Part shown: one piece after another, positions 10,325 to 20,707 of the stretch
Numbering within the stretch: the stretch's first letter is position 1
Layout of the letters: the number at the start of each line of letters is the position of its first letter
Source of the DNA: Vampirovibrionales bacterium
GTDB lineage: Bacteria; Cyanobacteriota; Vampirovibrionia; Vampirovibrionales; JAGQHJ01
Reading direction: 5' to 3'
Assembly (NCBI GenBank): GCA_025449835.1
Contig: JANWIO010000059.1
Location: 1-57,975, forward strand
Length of the DNA stretch: 57,975 nucleotides
The notes under the pieces: model-generated
Told to the model about the DNA's origin: nothing
Databases searched by the model: none
Seen by the model: the letters and a program-made list of their open reading frames with translations, nothing else
Program-made: the position numbers and the translations under genes

Positions 10325-11312
10325 TTTACCGTCATCCGAAGTTCAACGAAAACCCAAAGACTATAAATCAGACGTCCATCCTGATTGGTGTCCTGGTTGT
10401 GGTGACTTTGGGATTGTCAACGCCATTCAACAAGCAATGGCTGAGTTACAACTGAAACCTTCTCAGGTTTTAATGTACTCTGGTGTTGGGTGTTCTAGTA
10501 AAACCCCCCACTACATTAACACTTATGGGGTTCATACCCTCCATGGACGGAGCCTTCCCTTTGCAACGGGCTCTCACCTGGCAAATCCTGATTTGCAGGT
10601 AGTGGTTGCAGGTGGTGATGGTGATGGTTATGGGATTGGTGCCGGTCACTTTTTAAATGCTGGTCGCCGAAATGCGAATTTGGCATACATTGTGTATGAC
10701 AATGAAGTGTATGGCTTAACCAAAGGGCAAGCTTCACCGACCTTAAAACTCGGTGTGAAGACAAAGTCTTTGCCGTTACCCAACCCAAATGAGGGTATAA
10801 ATCCTTTGGCCATTGCTGTTTCTGCGGGATACACCTTTGTGGCTCGTAGTTATGCCTTTGATGCCAAGCATTTAAAAGAAACGATTAAGCGGGCGATTCT
10901 TCATAAAGGGATGGCCTTGGTGGACGTTCTTCAGCCTTGCCCGACCTACAACAACCTGCGCACCAAAGATTGGTTTGCTGAAGAAGTTGAAATTGGCGGG
11001 ACAAAATACCCCCGAACCTACCATCTGGATGAAAAAGGCTATGATGGTAAAGTTCATAACCCGGCTGATGAAAGGGAAATTGAAGCCAAGAAACTTCAAG
11101 CACTCCAAAAAGTAGAGGCATCAGAGCCTCAAATTGCCCTGGGTGTTTTTTACGAAGTGGAACTGCCGACCTTCTTAGAACGGGTAAAACCCAATATTCC
11201 ACTGTTGCAAAAATACACCAGTTGCAAAATGCCCATTGAAGATCCCAGCACCCACGTGCCCACCACGGATCTTTCGGCAGCCTACGCAGAGGTGTTAACC
11301 AACACCCACTAA
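10314..11312 (+). CDS. korB: 2-oxoacid:ferredoxin oxidoreductase beta subunit
   Basis: WCPGCGD, SGVGCS, LHGR, GGDGD TPP motif, YGLTKGQASPT, QPCPTYN. Confidence 0.93.
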   Translation: MVTNLPSSEVQRKPKDYKSDVHPDWCPGCGDFGIVNAIQQAMAELQLKPSQVLMYSGVGCSSKTPHYINTYGVHTLHGRSLPFATGSHLANPDLQVVVAGGDGDGYGIGAGHFLNAGRRNANLAYIVYDNEVYGLTKGQASPTLKLGVKTKSLPLPNPNEGINPLAIAVSAGYTFVARSYAFDAKHLKETIKRAILHKGMALVDVLQPCPTYNNLRTKDWFAEEVEIGGTKYPRTYHLDEKGYDGKVHNPADEREIEAKKLQALQKVEASEPQIALGVFYEVELPTFLERVKPNIPLLQKYTSCKMPIEDPSTHVPTTDLSAAYAEVLTNTH

Positions 11313-11341
11313 GGCGCTCATAGGGTTAAAACAAAACCAAT

Positions 11342-11382
11342 AAAAACCTGCCTGATGTTGAAACGCAAAAGGCAGGTTTTTT
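11342..11382. terminator. Bidirectional intrinsic terminator
   Basis: AAAAACCTGCCT ... AGGCAGGTTTTT inverted repeat between convergent genes. Confidence 0.8.
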
Positions 11383-11407
11383 AGTGCTTTACTGAGCGAC
11401 CTCGTGA

Positions 11408-11737
11408 CTAAACTTTAGCGGAAACCCCCTTAACGTGGGTTAAATAGGCTAAAATTTGTTTGTCCGCTATGTCGATATAGGGGTCTCGCCCAATATCAGA
11501 GCGAGAAGATGTTTTAAAGACAAATGAGTTTTTTTCTGTTTGATCGGTCGTTTTATTGCCACTATCATTAACCGAAATTGTTGTATGATCCCCTTTTACA
11601 ATGTCCAGGTCGACAAAAACTGGATTGTTTTTGCCGACAGCTTCAGCGGTTTGTCGTAAACCTTCAATTGCCTTTTGGCTACCGTTATGGGTGCCTTTAA
11701 TGGTCCCTGCAAAACGAATGGGGCTTATCATGGTCAT
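11408..11737 (-). CDS. Hypothetical protein with N-terminal ISPIRFAG motif
   Basis: 109-aa ATG ORF with AAGGA RBS, ending at the terminator. Confidence 0.65.
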   Translation of the reverse strand: MTMISPIRFAGTIKGTHNGSQKAIEGLRQTAEAVGKNNPVFVDLDIVKGDHTTISVNDSGNKTTDQTEKNSFVFKTSSRSDIGRDPYIDIADKQILAYLTHVKGVSAKV

Positions 11738-12005
11738 TGTTTTTGTCCTTTCAGTAATCGGTTTTATTCTTAAGAGGAATCTGAATTTAATTTAAGATAA
11801 AAGTTGCAGTCTTTGCAAGAAGACGGTAAATTGAAAATAAGATTTCATGCGACAGAGAAGCGTTTTGTTGAGGAGACGATGCCGCTTTTCTGATTTCAAC
11901 GTAAAATACGACGTGTGAAGATTTTGAAATCTTTCTTAGAGTGGATCGCTGAAAGCGACTTTAAAACAACTCAATTTTAATTTCCCCCTACAACCATGGA
12001 CAGCG

Positions 12006-13394
12006 TTGATGATGGTTCCAACAACACTTACAACGCCTCTTGATGAGAAAATAAAGCGTTTTTTAGAAACGCGTAACGGGTCAGCCTTACGGCGCTTACT
12101 GGTGCGCTATAACTTTGCGGACATCGCCGAAGTGATGGAGAATCATCTGACTTTAGAAGAGGCTGTGACCTGTTTTCAATATTTGGATGTGGGACAAGCG
12201 GCGCAAGTCTTAACCAGTTTAGATCAAGAGCGTCAAGTGGCCTGTCTTTCTTCTCTCCCCACTCTGATGAGTAGCCAAATTCTCCGCTTTATGGCGTCAG
12301 ATGATGCGGTGGATATTTTGCAAGAGTTGGATACCCAGCAGAGTCAGAAAATTCTAAAAGAAATGCCCTTTGATGTGGAAACCCGGATGATTCATCACCT
12401 TATGATGGAAGAACCCGATACGGCAGCAGGGCTTATGTCAACAGACTTTCTGCAAATTAACATTGAAAGTACTGTGGGGGATGCTTTAAATCTCATTAAA
12501 AACGCCGAAGAAAAAGATTTTGTCTACTATTGCTACTTGGTCGATGGCCAAAATCGCTTGGTGGGCATTGCGAGCTTAAAGCAGCTGATTCTTCATTCAG
12601 AAGATACTGAATTGCACAAAGTGGCTCAGTTTGATGTGAAGTCAGTGCAAATATCAGATGATCAGGAAGTGGTGGTCAACCTGTTCAGAAAGTACTATAA
12701 CCTGTTGGCTGTTCCGGTTGTTAATGAAAATGAGATTATTCATGGCATTATCACCCTCGATGATATTATCGAAATTATCGATGAAGAATCCTCTGAAGAC
12801 ATCTATCTGGCATCTGGGATTAATTTGGAGGAGATGGATGAAAAAAATCTACTGACAGGGCCGATGCTCAAAGCCGTTAAAGCGAGAATCCCTTGGTTGA
12901 TGGTGACAATGGTGGGTGAACTGTTTGCCTCTTCCATCACAGCTTCTTTTCATGAAACTGTTGCAGCGGCAGCCATTGCTATTTCATTTATGCCCCTCTT
13001 GTCAGGGCTTTCAGGCAATATGGGAACCCAAAGTGAAACCATTTCCGTTCGGGGATTGGCGTTAAATTTAGTAAATACAGAGAATATCAAAGAAAAGATA
13101 ACCCGGGAGCTGGGTGTCGGTATCGTCACCGGATTTATTTTTGCCTTTACAGTGGGGATGTACTCTTTGATTGTGTATCGTCATTGGGTGCTCAGTGTTA
13201 TCTTGTTTGTGGCCATTATTTTTTCACTCTGTTTGTCTGCTGCTTTGGGGATTACCCTGCCCTATGTGTTTCATAAGTACTTTAAGCAGGATCCGGCTGG
13301 AGTCGGTGGCCCCATGATTACGACGTTATTGGATATTTTGACTTTTTCAGCCTATTTGTATGTAATTACCCTGTTTTTGCACCAGATGATTTAA
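12006..13394 (+). CDS. mgtE: Magnesium transporter MgtE
   Basis: MgtE-N helices, TAAGLM + CBS pair, R.PWL, GNMGTQ, DPA..GPMITTLLD. Confidence 0.93.
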   Translation: MMMVPTTLTTPLDEKIKRFLETRNGSALRRLLVRYNFADIAEVMENHLTLEEAVTCFQYLDVGQAAQVLTSLDQERQVACLSSLPTLMSSQILRFMASDDAVDILQELDTQQSQKILKEMPFDVETRMIHHLMMEEPDTAAGLMSTDFLQINIESTVGDALNLIKNAEEKDFVYYCYLVDGQNRLVGIASLKQLILHSEDTELHKVAQFDVKSVQISDDQEVVVNLFRKYYNLLAVPVVNENEIIHGIITLDDIIEIIDEESSEDIYLASGINLEEMDEKNLLTGPMLKAVKARIPWLMVTMVGELFASSITASFHETVAAAAIAISFMPLLSGLSGNMGTQSETISVRGLALNLVNTENIKEKITRELGVGIVTGFIFAFTVGMYSLIVYRHWVLSVILFVAIIFSLCLSAALGITLPYVFHKYFKQDPAGVGGPMITTLLDILTFSAYLYVITLFLHQMI

Positions 13395-13399
13395 AAAAA

Positions 13400-14476
13400 T
13401 TAATTATTGTCGGGCTTTAAAGCAACTTTAACGGCTTTTCCCTCAGAAACCAGTTCGAGGGCTTCTGTCACACAGTGCAATGGCAGTTCAAGACTTATCA
13501 GTTGGGTTGGGTCAAGTTGCCCCTCAGTGATTAAGGTCAAAGCCTTTCTGAAATAACTCGGCGTATGATGAAAAGGACTTACTAAAGTGATTTCATCGTA
13601 ATGGATGCGTCGGGTTTCTAGCGCAACAGTACTCCCCGATTCACATCCTCCAAAAAGATTTACCAAACCTCCTCGGCGAACCATTTGGATGGCTTTTTCC
13701 CAGGTGGTGGGTAAACCTACTGCTTCAATCACAACATCAAACCCGTAACCCCCTGGCGTAAATTCTTCAACAATCTGTTGGGGATCTGAAAATTGGTTTA
13801 AATTCAGAACCGCATCGGCGCACGCAAAGGATTCTGCCATTTTTCGTTTTAGTGGGTTACGGCCAAGCCCCACAACATGGGCGCCACGTAATTTGGCGAG
13901 CTTGATCATAAATTGACCAATGGCACCAAGCCCAATCACAGCAACAGTATCACCTGGGTTGATATGGCAGGCCTCAATACCACGAAGACTCACCGATAAG
14001 GGTTCGGTAAAAGCGGCTGCTTCAAAGGGAACATGCTCAGGGATAATCAACGTATTGTGTTGCGCAATTTGGGCGGGGATTTTAATGTAGTCGGCATAGG
14101 CACCATTTAACAGATCGAGATGCTCACACAAATTATATTGGGCTTTTTTGCAGAAGAAGCAGGTTTGGCAGGGTGCAGAATTGGCCGCAACCACTCGATC
14201 TCCCACAGACAAATGCGAAAAACCTTTACCAATGGCAGTAACAATGCCAGAACATTCATGGCCAAAGGGGGCTGGAAAATTTTTGAGTAAAACGGGGTGA
14301 CCCCGCCGGAAGGCTTTTAAATCGGTTCCGCAGGTTAAAGCGGTTTCTACTTTAACCACAATTTCACCGGTAGCAGGTTTTGGCATTGGAACTTCTTCGT
14401 ATCGGACATCGCCCGGCTGATAGAAAAGTGCCGCTTTCATGGTGGTTTGGGTTTGTGGGTTTAATACAAGGGTCAT
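13400..14476 (-). CDS. Zinc-dependent medium-chain dehydrogenase (sorbitol/threonine DH-like)
   Basis: CGTD, GHE, CxxCxxC..C, GLGAIG Rossmann motif. Confidence 0.9.
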   Translation of the reverse strand: MTLVLNPQTQTTMKAALFYQPGDVRYEEVPMPKPATGEIVVKVETALTCGTDLKAFRRGHPVLLKNFPAPFGHECSGIVTAIGKGFSHLSVGDRVVAANSAPCQTCFFCKKAQYNLCEHLDLLNGAYADYIKIPAQIAQHNTLIIPEHVPFEAAAFTEPLSVSLRGIEACHINPGDTVAVIGLGAIGQFMIKLAKLRGAHVVGLGRNPLKRKMAESFACADAVLNLNQFSDPQQIVEEFTPGGYGFDVVIEAVGLPTTWEKAIQMVRRGGLVNLFGGCESGSTVALETRRIHYDEITLVSPFHHTPSYFRKALTLITEGQLDPTQLISLELPLHCVTEALELVSEGKAVKVALKPDNN

Positions 14477-15540
14477 AGGCTCACAAACACTTTGAGTGCT
14501 TCTCCATGTTGATAGTCTTGAATGGCATCATTGAGTTCGTTTAACGAAACAATCCGGCTGATAAGTGGGGCAACCGTAATGTGATGATGCATGATTAAAT
14601 CATACGCTTTTTGTAAATGCACTAGGGAAGGAGAGTAACTGGTGATGAGATTGATTTCTCGAAAGTAAAGTTCGTTCTGGTTAATGAGTGGTTCTCCCTT
14701 ACCATAAGAGGTAAACAACAGAAGGGTCCCACCATCTCGAACCGCTTTTAATGCTAAAGCAATGGTTGCTGGATTGACGATAGATAAGAAGACCAAGTCT
14801 GCACCGCGTCCTTCGGTTTTTTGGAACAATTCATCCAATATCTGGCCTTGATCTGTTGAACCACTTGTTACCATTGCATGGGTTTGCGCAAGATCTACCC
14901 GATCGGGTTTTAAATCAATGCCAAAAACGGTGTAGTCTTGATGTTTTAAATATTGAGACGATAAAAGGCCAATAAAACCCAGGCCGATCATAAAAGCAAC
15001 GTTTCCAATTTCTTTGGGGATTCTGTCAACAGCTCGAATACAACAAGATAAAGGCTCAATACAACTTCCAACGGGGTCTGAAATATCATCGGGTAATGGA
15101 AAAACCGTGTGTGCCAAATGTTCTTTTGAAATGGCGATATATTCGCAAAATCCCCCTGGGGTAATGTTACTTTGTTTAAAAGCTCTGCACATGGAAGGAG
15201 AGCCATGGGTGCAGTAATAACATTGCTGGCATGGGATGTGATGGGCTACACTCACTCTCTGCCCCTCTGCGTATTGGGGGGAATGAACTTTTGCGCCTTC
15301 AGATAAAGTTTCAATGACGCCCACCACCTCATGTCCGAGGACAGTGCCTTCTGCAAGAGTGCGATGTTGCAATTTATCCAGGTCAGATCCACAAATACCA
15401 CACCCGGTTACCCGAATAATGGCGCCGTCTTTGGGAAGGGAAGGTGCTTGGATATTCTGGACACCCAGTTTTTTTCCGGTTTCAATAACAGCTGCTTTCA
15501 TCATTTCTGTAATTTCTCTGGCCTGTTGTTTCTCTGGCAC
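14473..15540 (-). CDS. Zinc-dependent medium-chain dehydrogenase (paralog)
   Basis: GICGSD, GHEVVG, CQQCYYC..C, GLGFIG. Confidence 0.9.
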   Translation of the reverse strand: MPEKQQAREITEMMKAAVIETGKKLGVQNIQAPSLPKDGAIIRVTGCGICGSDLDKLQHRTLAEGTVLGHEVVGVIETLSEGAKVHSPQYAEGQRVSVAHHIPCQQCYYCTHGSPSMCRAFKQSNITPGGFCEYIAISKEHLAHTVFPLPDDISDPVGSCIEPLSCCIRAVDRIPKEIGNVAFMIGLGFIGLLSSQYLKHQDYTVFGIDLKPDRVDLAQTHAMVTSGSTDQGQILDELFQKTEGRGADLVFLSIVNPATIALALKAVRDGGTLLLFTSYGKGEPLINQNELYFREINLITSYSPSLVHLQKAYDLIMHHHITVAPLISRIVSLNELNDAIQDYQHGEALKVFVSL

Positions 15541-15643
15541 CTGATTGACAGTTGCAGTTTTTCAAAAAAGAATGAGTATGCTACAACTGATCACATTTCA
15601 TTCATACCGCAAAAATAATCAACTGACGATTGGTATTTGAAAA

Positions 15644-16072
15644 ATGACCTTAGAAAAAATCAAACTCAAAGATTGGATTCGAACCGGCAGGCGAGAAACA
15701 GACGTAGATGAGTCCTACACCTACGAAGATTTGCCTTTAAAAGTCCCAGCAGAGGTTCATATTCATTGTAGGCTCAATGCCACAGGGGTAGATGTTCGGG
15801 GCAACTATAAAACGGTGGTTGAAGAACCTTGCGATCGCTGTTGTGAGCTCTATGAACGCCCATTGGGAAATGCCTTTGATGAACGTTTTGTGTATCAATC
15901 GTTTATTGATGAAGCGCCTGCTGGGGATATGGAGCTTCATACAGAAGATTTTTACGAAACCATTGGCCCAGAAGGGGTTTTGGATTTAAAAGATCTGATC
16001 CATCAATATATTGTGATGGCCATGAGTACGGATCGGGTATGCAACCGAGCCACTTGCGAGATTCGACACTAA
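15644..16072 (+). CDS. yceD: YceD/DUF177 family protein
   Basis: PCDRC motif, LDL..LI, C-terminal Cys pair; upstream of rpmF. Confidence 0.8.
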   Translation: MTLEKIKLKDWIRTGRRETDVDESYTYEDLPLKVPAEVHIHCRLNATGVDVRGNYKTVVEEPCDRCCELYERPLGNAFDERFVYQSFIDEAPAGDMELHTEDFYETIGPEGVLDLKDLIHQYIVMAMSTDRVCNRATCEIRH

Positions 16073-16286
16073 TTTTGAGAAAAAAAACGGTTGTTACTGG
16101 GCTTATTAGGAGATTCCGTTTGACATACCATGGGGTTGCCAAATTAAAAGCTTGAAATTTTGAAAAAGGTTTGTTATAGATAGTCTGCGCTCAAAAGGAA
16201 AAAGCCTTGAGCTTTGATTTCTTTTCTGCCATAGTATCATTTAAGCGTTGTACTGACCCTTTAACACCAGAATGAGGTAATCCTTT

Positions 16287-16472
16287 ATGCCAGTTCCTAA
16301 GAAACGTGTGGGTAAATCAGACCAAGGACATCGACGATCCACCTGGAAAGCAACGGTTCCTAGCTTAATGACATGCCCTCAATGCGGTGACCAAAAACTG
16401 ACCCATGTAATTTGTCAGACCTGTGGCTATTATGGCGGAAAAAAAGTTTCCGAAAGATTTGGAATTTCCTAA
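16287..16472 (+). CDS. rpmF: 50S ribosomal protein L32 (Zn-binding form)
   Basis: MPVPKKR, CPQCG..H.ICQTCGYY. Confidence 0.97.
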   Translation: MPVPKKRVGKSDQGHRRSTWKATVPSLMTCPQCGDQKLTHVICQTCGYYGGKKVSERFGIS

Positions 16473-16473
16473 G

Positions 16474-16495
16474 AAGGGCTTCTTGAAGCCTTTTT
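16474..16495 (+). terminator. Possible intrinsic terminator after rpmF
   Basis: GGCTT-CTTG-AAGCC hairpin followed by TTTTT. Confidence 0.5.
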
Positions 16496-16575
16496 CTCTC
16501 TCAAATTGAATTTCCCCTTATCAAGGTCAGTTGATTCAGGGGAATTGTATGAGTGGTAAACGAATTGCATTTTGA

Positions 16576-17595
16576 ATGAGCAGTAAGCAACAGATTTGTA
16601 TCGCAATTGATTGTATGGGCGGCGATTATGCCCCCCAAGAAATTGTGAAAGGTGCTATTCTGGGAGCTCGACAATATGGTGTAGCCCTGCAATTGGTGGG
16701 GCAGCCAGATAAAATTCAAGCTGAGCTGGATGCATTAGAGACGCAAGGGATTCAGTACGAGATTGTGCCTGCCCTGGAGACCATTGATATGGGTGAATCT
16801 CCTGCGGCGGCTATTCGAAAAAAGAAAAATGCATCAGTGGTTGTGGCCAGTACCTGTGTTGCAAAAGGAATGTCTCAAGGGCTTGTTGCTGCCGGAAATA
16901 CAGGGGCAGCTATGGCGGCGGCCATTTTTAATATGGGACGGATTGAGGGTGTGGATCGACCTGCCATTGCCGTTGTGCTCCCCACTACCTATAAAACACC
17001 TTGTATATTGGTGGATGCGGGCGCTAATGCGGATTGCATTCCAGAAATGTTAATTCAATTTGGTCGGATGGGAAGTATTTTTTCCCAAGCCGTTTTACAG
17101 GTCAAAAACCCTCGAATTGGGCTACTCAATATTGGGGAAGAATCCTCTAAAGGAAATAGTTTTGCGCTCTCAACCTATAAGCTTTTAGAACAGCATGACG
17201 AACTGAACTTTATCGGCAATATCGAGGGGAAACACCTTTTTGATGGGTCTGCCGATGTGGTGGTTTGTGATGGCTATACAGGAAATGTGGCTCTGAAAAC
17301 CGCTGAAGGGGTTGGCAATATGGTGATGTCTCTCTTTAAAGAAGAAACCCAAAAAAGTCTTCGGGCCAAAGCGGGCGCCATTCTGGTAAAATCAACGTTG
17401 AGAAAAGTAAAACACAAAGTCTCTGATGAAGAGTTTGGAGGCGCTTTGCTTTTAGGTGTAAAAGGCATTTGTGTAATAGGCCATGGTGGCAGCAATGCCT
17501 ATGCCATTCAAAATGCAATCCGGGTGACGAAAGAAGCAATTGATCAGGATGTTATTGGGAAGATTGAAAGCAAAGTGTTGGAAGGATGTTTGTAG
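16576..17595 (+). CDS. plsX: Phosphate acyltransferase
   Basis: IAIDCMGGDYAP, AGNTGA, DAGANAD, LLNIGEE..KG, DGYTGNVALK. Confidence 0.97.
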   Translation: MSSKQQICIAIDCMGGDYAPQEIVKGAILGARQYGVALQLVGQPDKIQAELDALETQGIQYEIVPALETIDMGESPAAAIRKKKNASVVVASTCVAKGMSQGLVAAGNTGAAMAAAIFNMGRIEGVDRPAIAVVLPTTYKTPCILVDAGANADCIPEMLIQFGRMGSIFSQAVLQVKNPRIGLLNIGEESSKGNSFALSTYKLLEQHDELNFIGNIEGKHLFDGSADVVVCDGYTGNVALKTAEGVGNMVMSLFKEETQKSLRAKAGAILVKSTLRKVKHKVSDEEFGGALLLGVKGICVIGHGGSNAYAIQNAIRVTKEAIDQDVIGKIESKVLEGCL

Positions 17596-18657
17596 GTGAT
17601 GCATAAATATGGGGTTTCTGTAAAAGGCATTGGCGTTTCTTTACCCTCTACTGTGGTTAAAAATGAAGATTTAACTGCATTGGTGGAAACTTCTGATGAA
17701 TGGATCAGTAGCCGAACTGGGTTTCGAGAACGTCGGGTGGTTTCTGGCAACGAAAAAGTAACCGATCTTGCCATTGAAGCTGCACAGAATGCATTGGCCT
17801 ATGCTGGGATGACAGGGAGCGACGTGGATTTAATTATCAATGCAAGTTCTACCCCAGATTATATCTATCCTGCTGGGTGTGGTGTGGTGCAACAAGGGAT
17901 TGGTGCTCCTCAGGCCTTTGGCTTTGATGTGGCAATGGGGTGTAGTGGTTTAATTTATGCCTTAGGGATTGCCATTCAATTTATTGAAAACGGAACAGCC
18001 AAAACAGCACTCGTGATTGGGGCAGATACCCATTCTCGTTATACCGACTGGTATGACCGAAACACCTGTGTTTTGTTTGGGGATGGGGCCGGTGCTTTTG
18101 TGATTTCCCGAAATGAATCCCCCTCAGAAACAGATATTTTGGCGATGGACTTTATGTTGGATGGCACTAAAGGGCAGGAAATTCGCCTTCCCATTAATCG
18201 AGACAATTGCCCGTTGGTAGAACCCCGAAATTTTGAAGAGCAATCTTCGGTGTATATGAATGGCCGAGAAGTCTTTAAATTTGCGGTCGGGGAAGTTCCG
18301 AAAATTATTGAAGCAACTCTCCAAAAGGCGGGTTTAACCCCTCAAGAAGTCGATTATTATGTATTACATCAGGCCAATGTTCGCATCATGAATTCGATGA
18401 GCGAACGGATGAATGTTTCTCCGGAACAACTGATTGTGGGGTTGGAAAAATATGGAAATACCTCGGCAGCATCCATTCCGTTGGCTTTGTATGATGCTTT
18501 ACAGGCAGAACAAATTCAACCTGGGGCAACATTGGTGCTCTGTGGTTTTGGTGCTGGGCTTGCCGTTGCAACGGCCGTGGTGAAATGGAACTGTATTGAT
18601 CGCCGAAAGTCTTCATCAGCAGAGACCGTGACGGATAAATCTACTGAGAAAGTTTAA
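17596..18657 (+). CDS. fabH: 3-oxoacyl-ACP synthase III
   Basis: TSDEWI..RTG, catalytic C (MGCSG), LFGDGAGA, HQAN, GNTSAAS. Confidence 0.96.
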   Translation: MMHKYGVSVKGIGVSLPSTVVKNEDLTALVETSDEWISSRTGFRERRVVSGNEKVTDLAIEAAQNALAYAGMTGSDVDLIINASSTPDYIYPAGCGVVQQGIGAPQAFGFDVAMGCSGLIYALGIAIQFIENGTAKTALVIGADTHSRYTDWYDRNTCVLFGDGAGAFVISRNESPSETDILAMDFMLDGTKGQEIRLPINRDNCPLVEPRNFEEQSSVYMNGREVFKFAVGEVPKIIEATLQKAGLTPQEVDYYVLHQANVRIMNSMSERMNVSPEQLIVGLEKYGNTSAASIPLALYDALQAEQIQPGATLVLCGFGAGLAVATAVVKWNCIDRRKSSSAETVTDKSTEKV

Positions 18658-18674
18658 TAGAAGGAGTCTGAAAA

Positions 18675-19622
18675 ATGGCGAAAACCGCTTTTCTCTTTCC
18701 GGGACAAGGATCTCAGTCTGTTGGCATGGGGAAAGACCTGTATGAAAAATATCCCGCAGCCCGCCAAGTGATTGACCAGTTCACCCAATGGGTATTGCCT
18801 GATCTCAAACAAGTGATGTTTGAAGGGCCGGAAGAAACCCTTAAAAGAACCCTTTATGCCCAGCCCGCCATTTTGTCTGTGTCTTTGGCAGCACTGACGG
18901 TTTTTCGAGAAAAATATTATGATCAACCTATTCTTGCTGCCGGCCATAGTTTGGGAGAATACGGCGCACTATACGCGGCAGGGGTTATCGACTTAGAATC
19001 TGCGGCCAAGTTGGTTAAAAAACGGGCTCAACTCATGGAAGATGCGCCATCTGGTGCCATGGCGGCAATTTTGGGGCTGCCTGAAACACAATTGGACAAA
19101 GCCGTTTTGCACGTGAAAAATGAGAGCAATGGGATTGTGACCATTGCCAATTATAATACGGCCGAGCAATTGGTGATTTCGGGTGAAAGATCCGCTGTTG
19201 AAGCGGTTTGTGCTCTTGCAAAAGAGGCAGGTGCTTTAAAGGCTATTATGCTTCCGGTGGGGGGTGCTTTCCACTCTCCCTTAATGCAGCAAGCCAGTGA
19301 AGCTTTTGGTGAGTATGTGAAAACGTTTGAATTTCACGATGCTCGTTTCCCTGTGGTTACCAATGTGGATGCCCAATACACAACCCATGCACAGCAGTTC
19401 AGAGAAAAACTGGCTGATCAAATTCAGTCACCCGTGCGTTGGTTGGATTCCGTGAATTTGATGCGCCAGGAAGAAATCGACACTTTTGTTGAAATTGGGC
19501 CTGGAAAAGTCTTAACGGGGATGATTAAGCGAATTTATAAAGATGCAACTCTTTATAATGTCTTTGATTCAACCTCTTTAGAAACGACAATAGAGACGCT
19601 AAAAGAAAGGATACAGGTGTAA
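18675..19622 (+). CDS. fabD: Malonyl-CoA:ACP transacylase
   Basis: FPGQGSQ, GHSLGE, AFHS. Confidence 0.97.
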   Translation: MAKTAFLFPGQGSQSVGMGKDLYEKYPAARQVIDQFTQWVLPDLKQVMFEGPEETLKRTLYAQPAILSVSLAALTVFREKYYDQPILAAGHSLGEYGALYAAGVIDLESAAKLVKKRAQLMEDAPSGAMAAILGLPETQLDKAVLHVKNESNGIVTIANYNTAEQLVISGERSAVEAVCALAKEAGALKAIMLPVGGAFHSPLMQQASEAFGEYVKTFEFHDARFPVVTNVDAQYTTHAQQFREKLADQIQSPVRWLDSVNLMRQEEIDTFVEIGPGKVLTGMIKRIYKDATLYNVFDSTSLETTIETLKERIQV

Positions 19623-20356
19623 TGGCAGAAACCACCCAAAAAGTGGCCCTGGTAACAGGTGGTTCTCGTGGTATCGGGAGGGCATGTGCAGTTGCTTTAG
19701 CCGAGAACGGCTTTAATGTAGTATTAAGCTTTGTTTCAAACAAAAGCGCTGCGACAGAAGTTGAAAAAACCATTCAGGTTCTTGAAAGAGACTCGTTGGC
19801 CGTTCAAGGAGATGTTTCCAACGCGGCAAATGCGCAGTTTATTTTGGATGAAACCTTAAATCGCTTTGGTCGGCTGGATGTTTTGGTGAATAATGCCGGG
19901 ATTACTCGGGATAACCTCTTAATCCGAATGAAAGATGAAGACTGGCAAAAGGTGATTGACACCAATCTCACCGGAGCCTTTTATATGACTCGGGCTGCTT
20001 CAAAGGTGATGATTAAGCAAAGAAGTGGTTCCATTGTGAATATTACCAGTGTCTCTGGAATTTATGGTAATCCAGGACAGATTAATTATTCAGCCAGTAA
20101 GGCGGGGCTCATTGGGATGACCAAATCAGCTGCAAAAGAACTGGCAAGCCGAAATATTACCGTCAATGCTGTTGCACCGGGATTTATTGTGACAGATATG
20201 ACCGATGGTTTGGACACAACCAAGGTGCTTGAACATATCCCATTGGGGCGTTTGGGGACATCAGAAGATATTGCGAATGCAGTTCTTTTTCTGGTAACAT
20301 CAGGAAACTATATTACCGGGCAAGTCCTTCAAGTTGACGGTGGATTGGTTTTGTAA
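19622..20356 (+). CDS. fabG: 3-oxoacyl-ACP reductase
   Basis: TGGSRGIG, NNAGITRD, YSASK, VAPGFI. Confidence 0.96.
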   Translation: MAETTQKVALVTGGSRGIGRACAVALAENGFNVVLSFVSNKSAATEVEKTIQVLERDSLAVQGDVSNAANAQFILDETLNRFGRLDVLVNNAGITRDNLLIRMKDEDWQKVIDTNLTGAFYMTRAASKVMIKQRSGSIVNITSVSGIYGNPGQINYSASKAGLIGMTKSAAKELASRNITVNAVAPGFIVTDMTDGLDTTKVLEHIPLGRLGTSEDIANAVLFLVTSGNYITGQVLQVDGGLVL

Positions 20357-20401
20357 GTATACTAGGTCAACATTAAGTAGAAAATGGAGGTCACAAAAAT
20401 C

Positions 20402-20647
20402 ATGAGTACAGCTACATCCACACTAGAACGGGTTAAAAAAGTTGTTATTGAGCAATTGAGTGTTGAAGACAAAGAAGTCACTTCTGAAGCAAGCTTTCAA
20501 GCTGATTTAGGTGCAGATTCTTTAGATACGGTAGAATTGGTTATGGCTTTTGAAGAAGAATTTGGGCTTGAAATCCCGGATGAAGAAGCTGAAAAAATTG
20601 TTACCGTGCAAGATGCTGTAAACTATATTGAAAAGCACGCAAAGTAA
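20402..20647 (+). CDS. acpP: Acyl carrier protein
   Basis: [20 protein letters not shown]; start placed after the GGAGG RBS at 20386. Confidence 0.97.
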   Translation: MSTATSTLERVKKVVIEQLSVEDKEVTSEASFQADLGADSLDTVELVMAFEEEFGLEIPDEEAEKIVTVQDAVNYIEKHAK

Positions 20648-20707
20648 TTGGCTTTGCTGTTTCCCCTCTTAATTCATTTACAAACAACAGGATAACCTGC
20701 AAAAACG

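Noticed and set aside
11800-12005. M-box/ykoK riboswitch upstream of mgtE
   Set aside because: No recognisable conserved riboswitch sequence by eye; an Rfam scan would be needed
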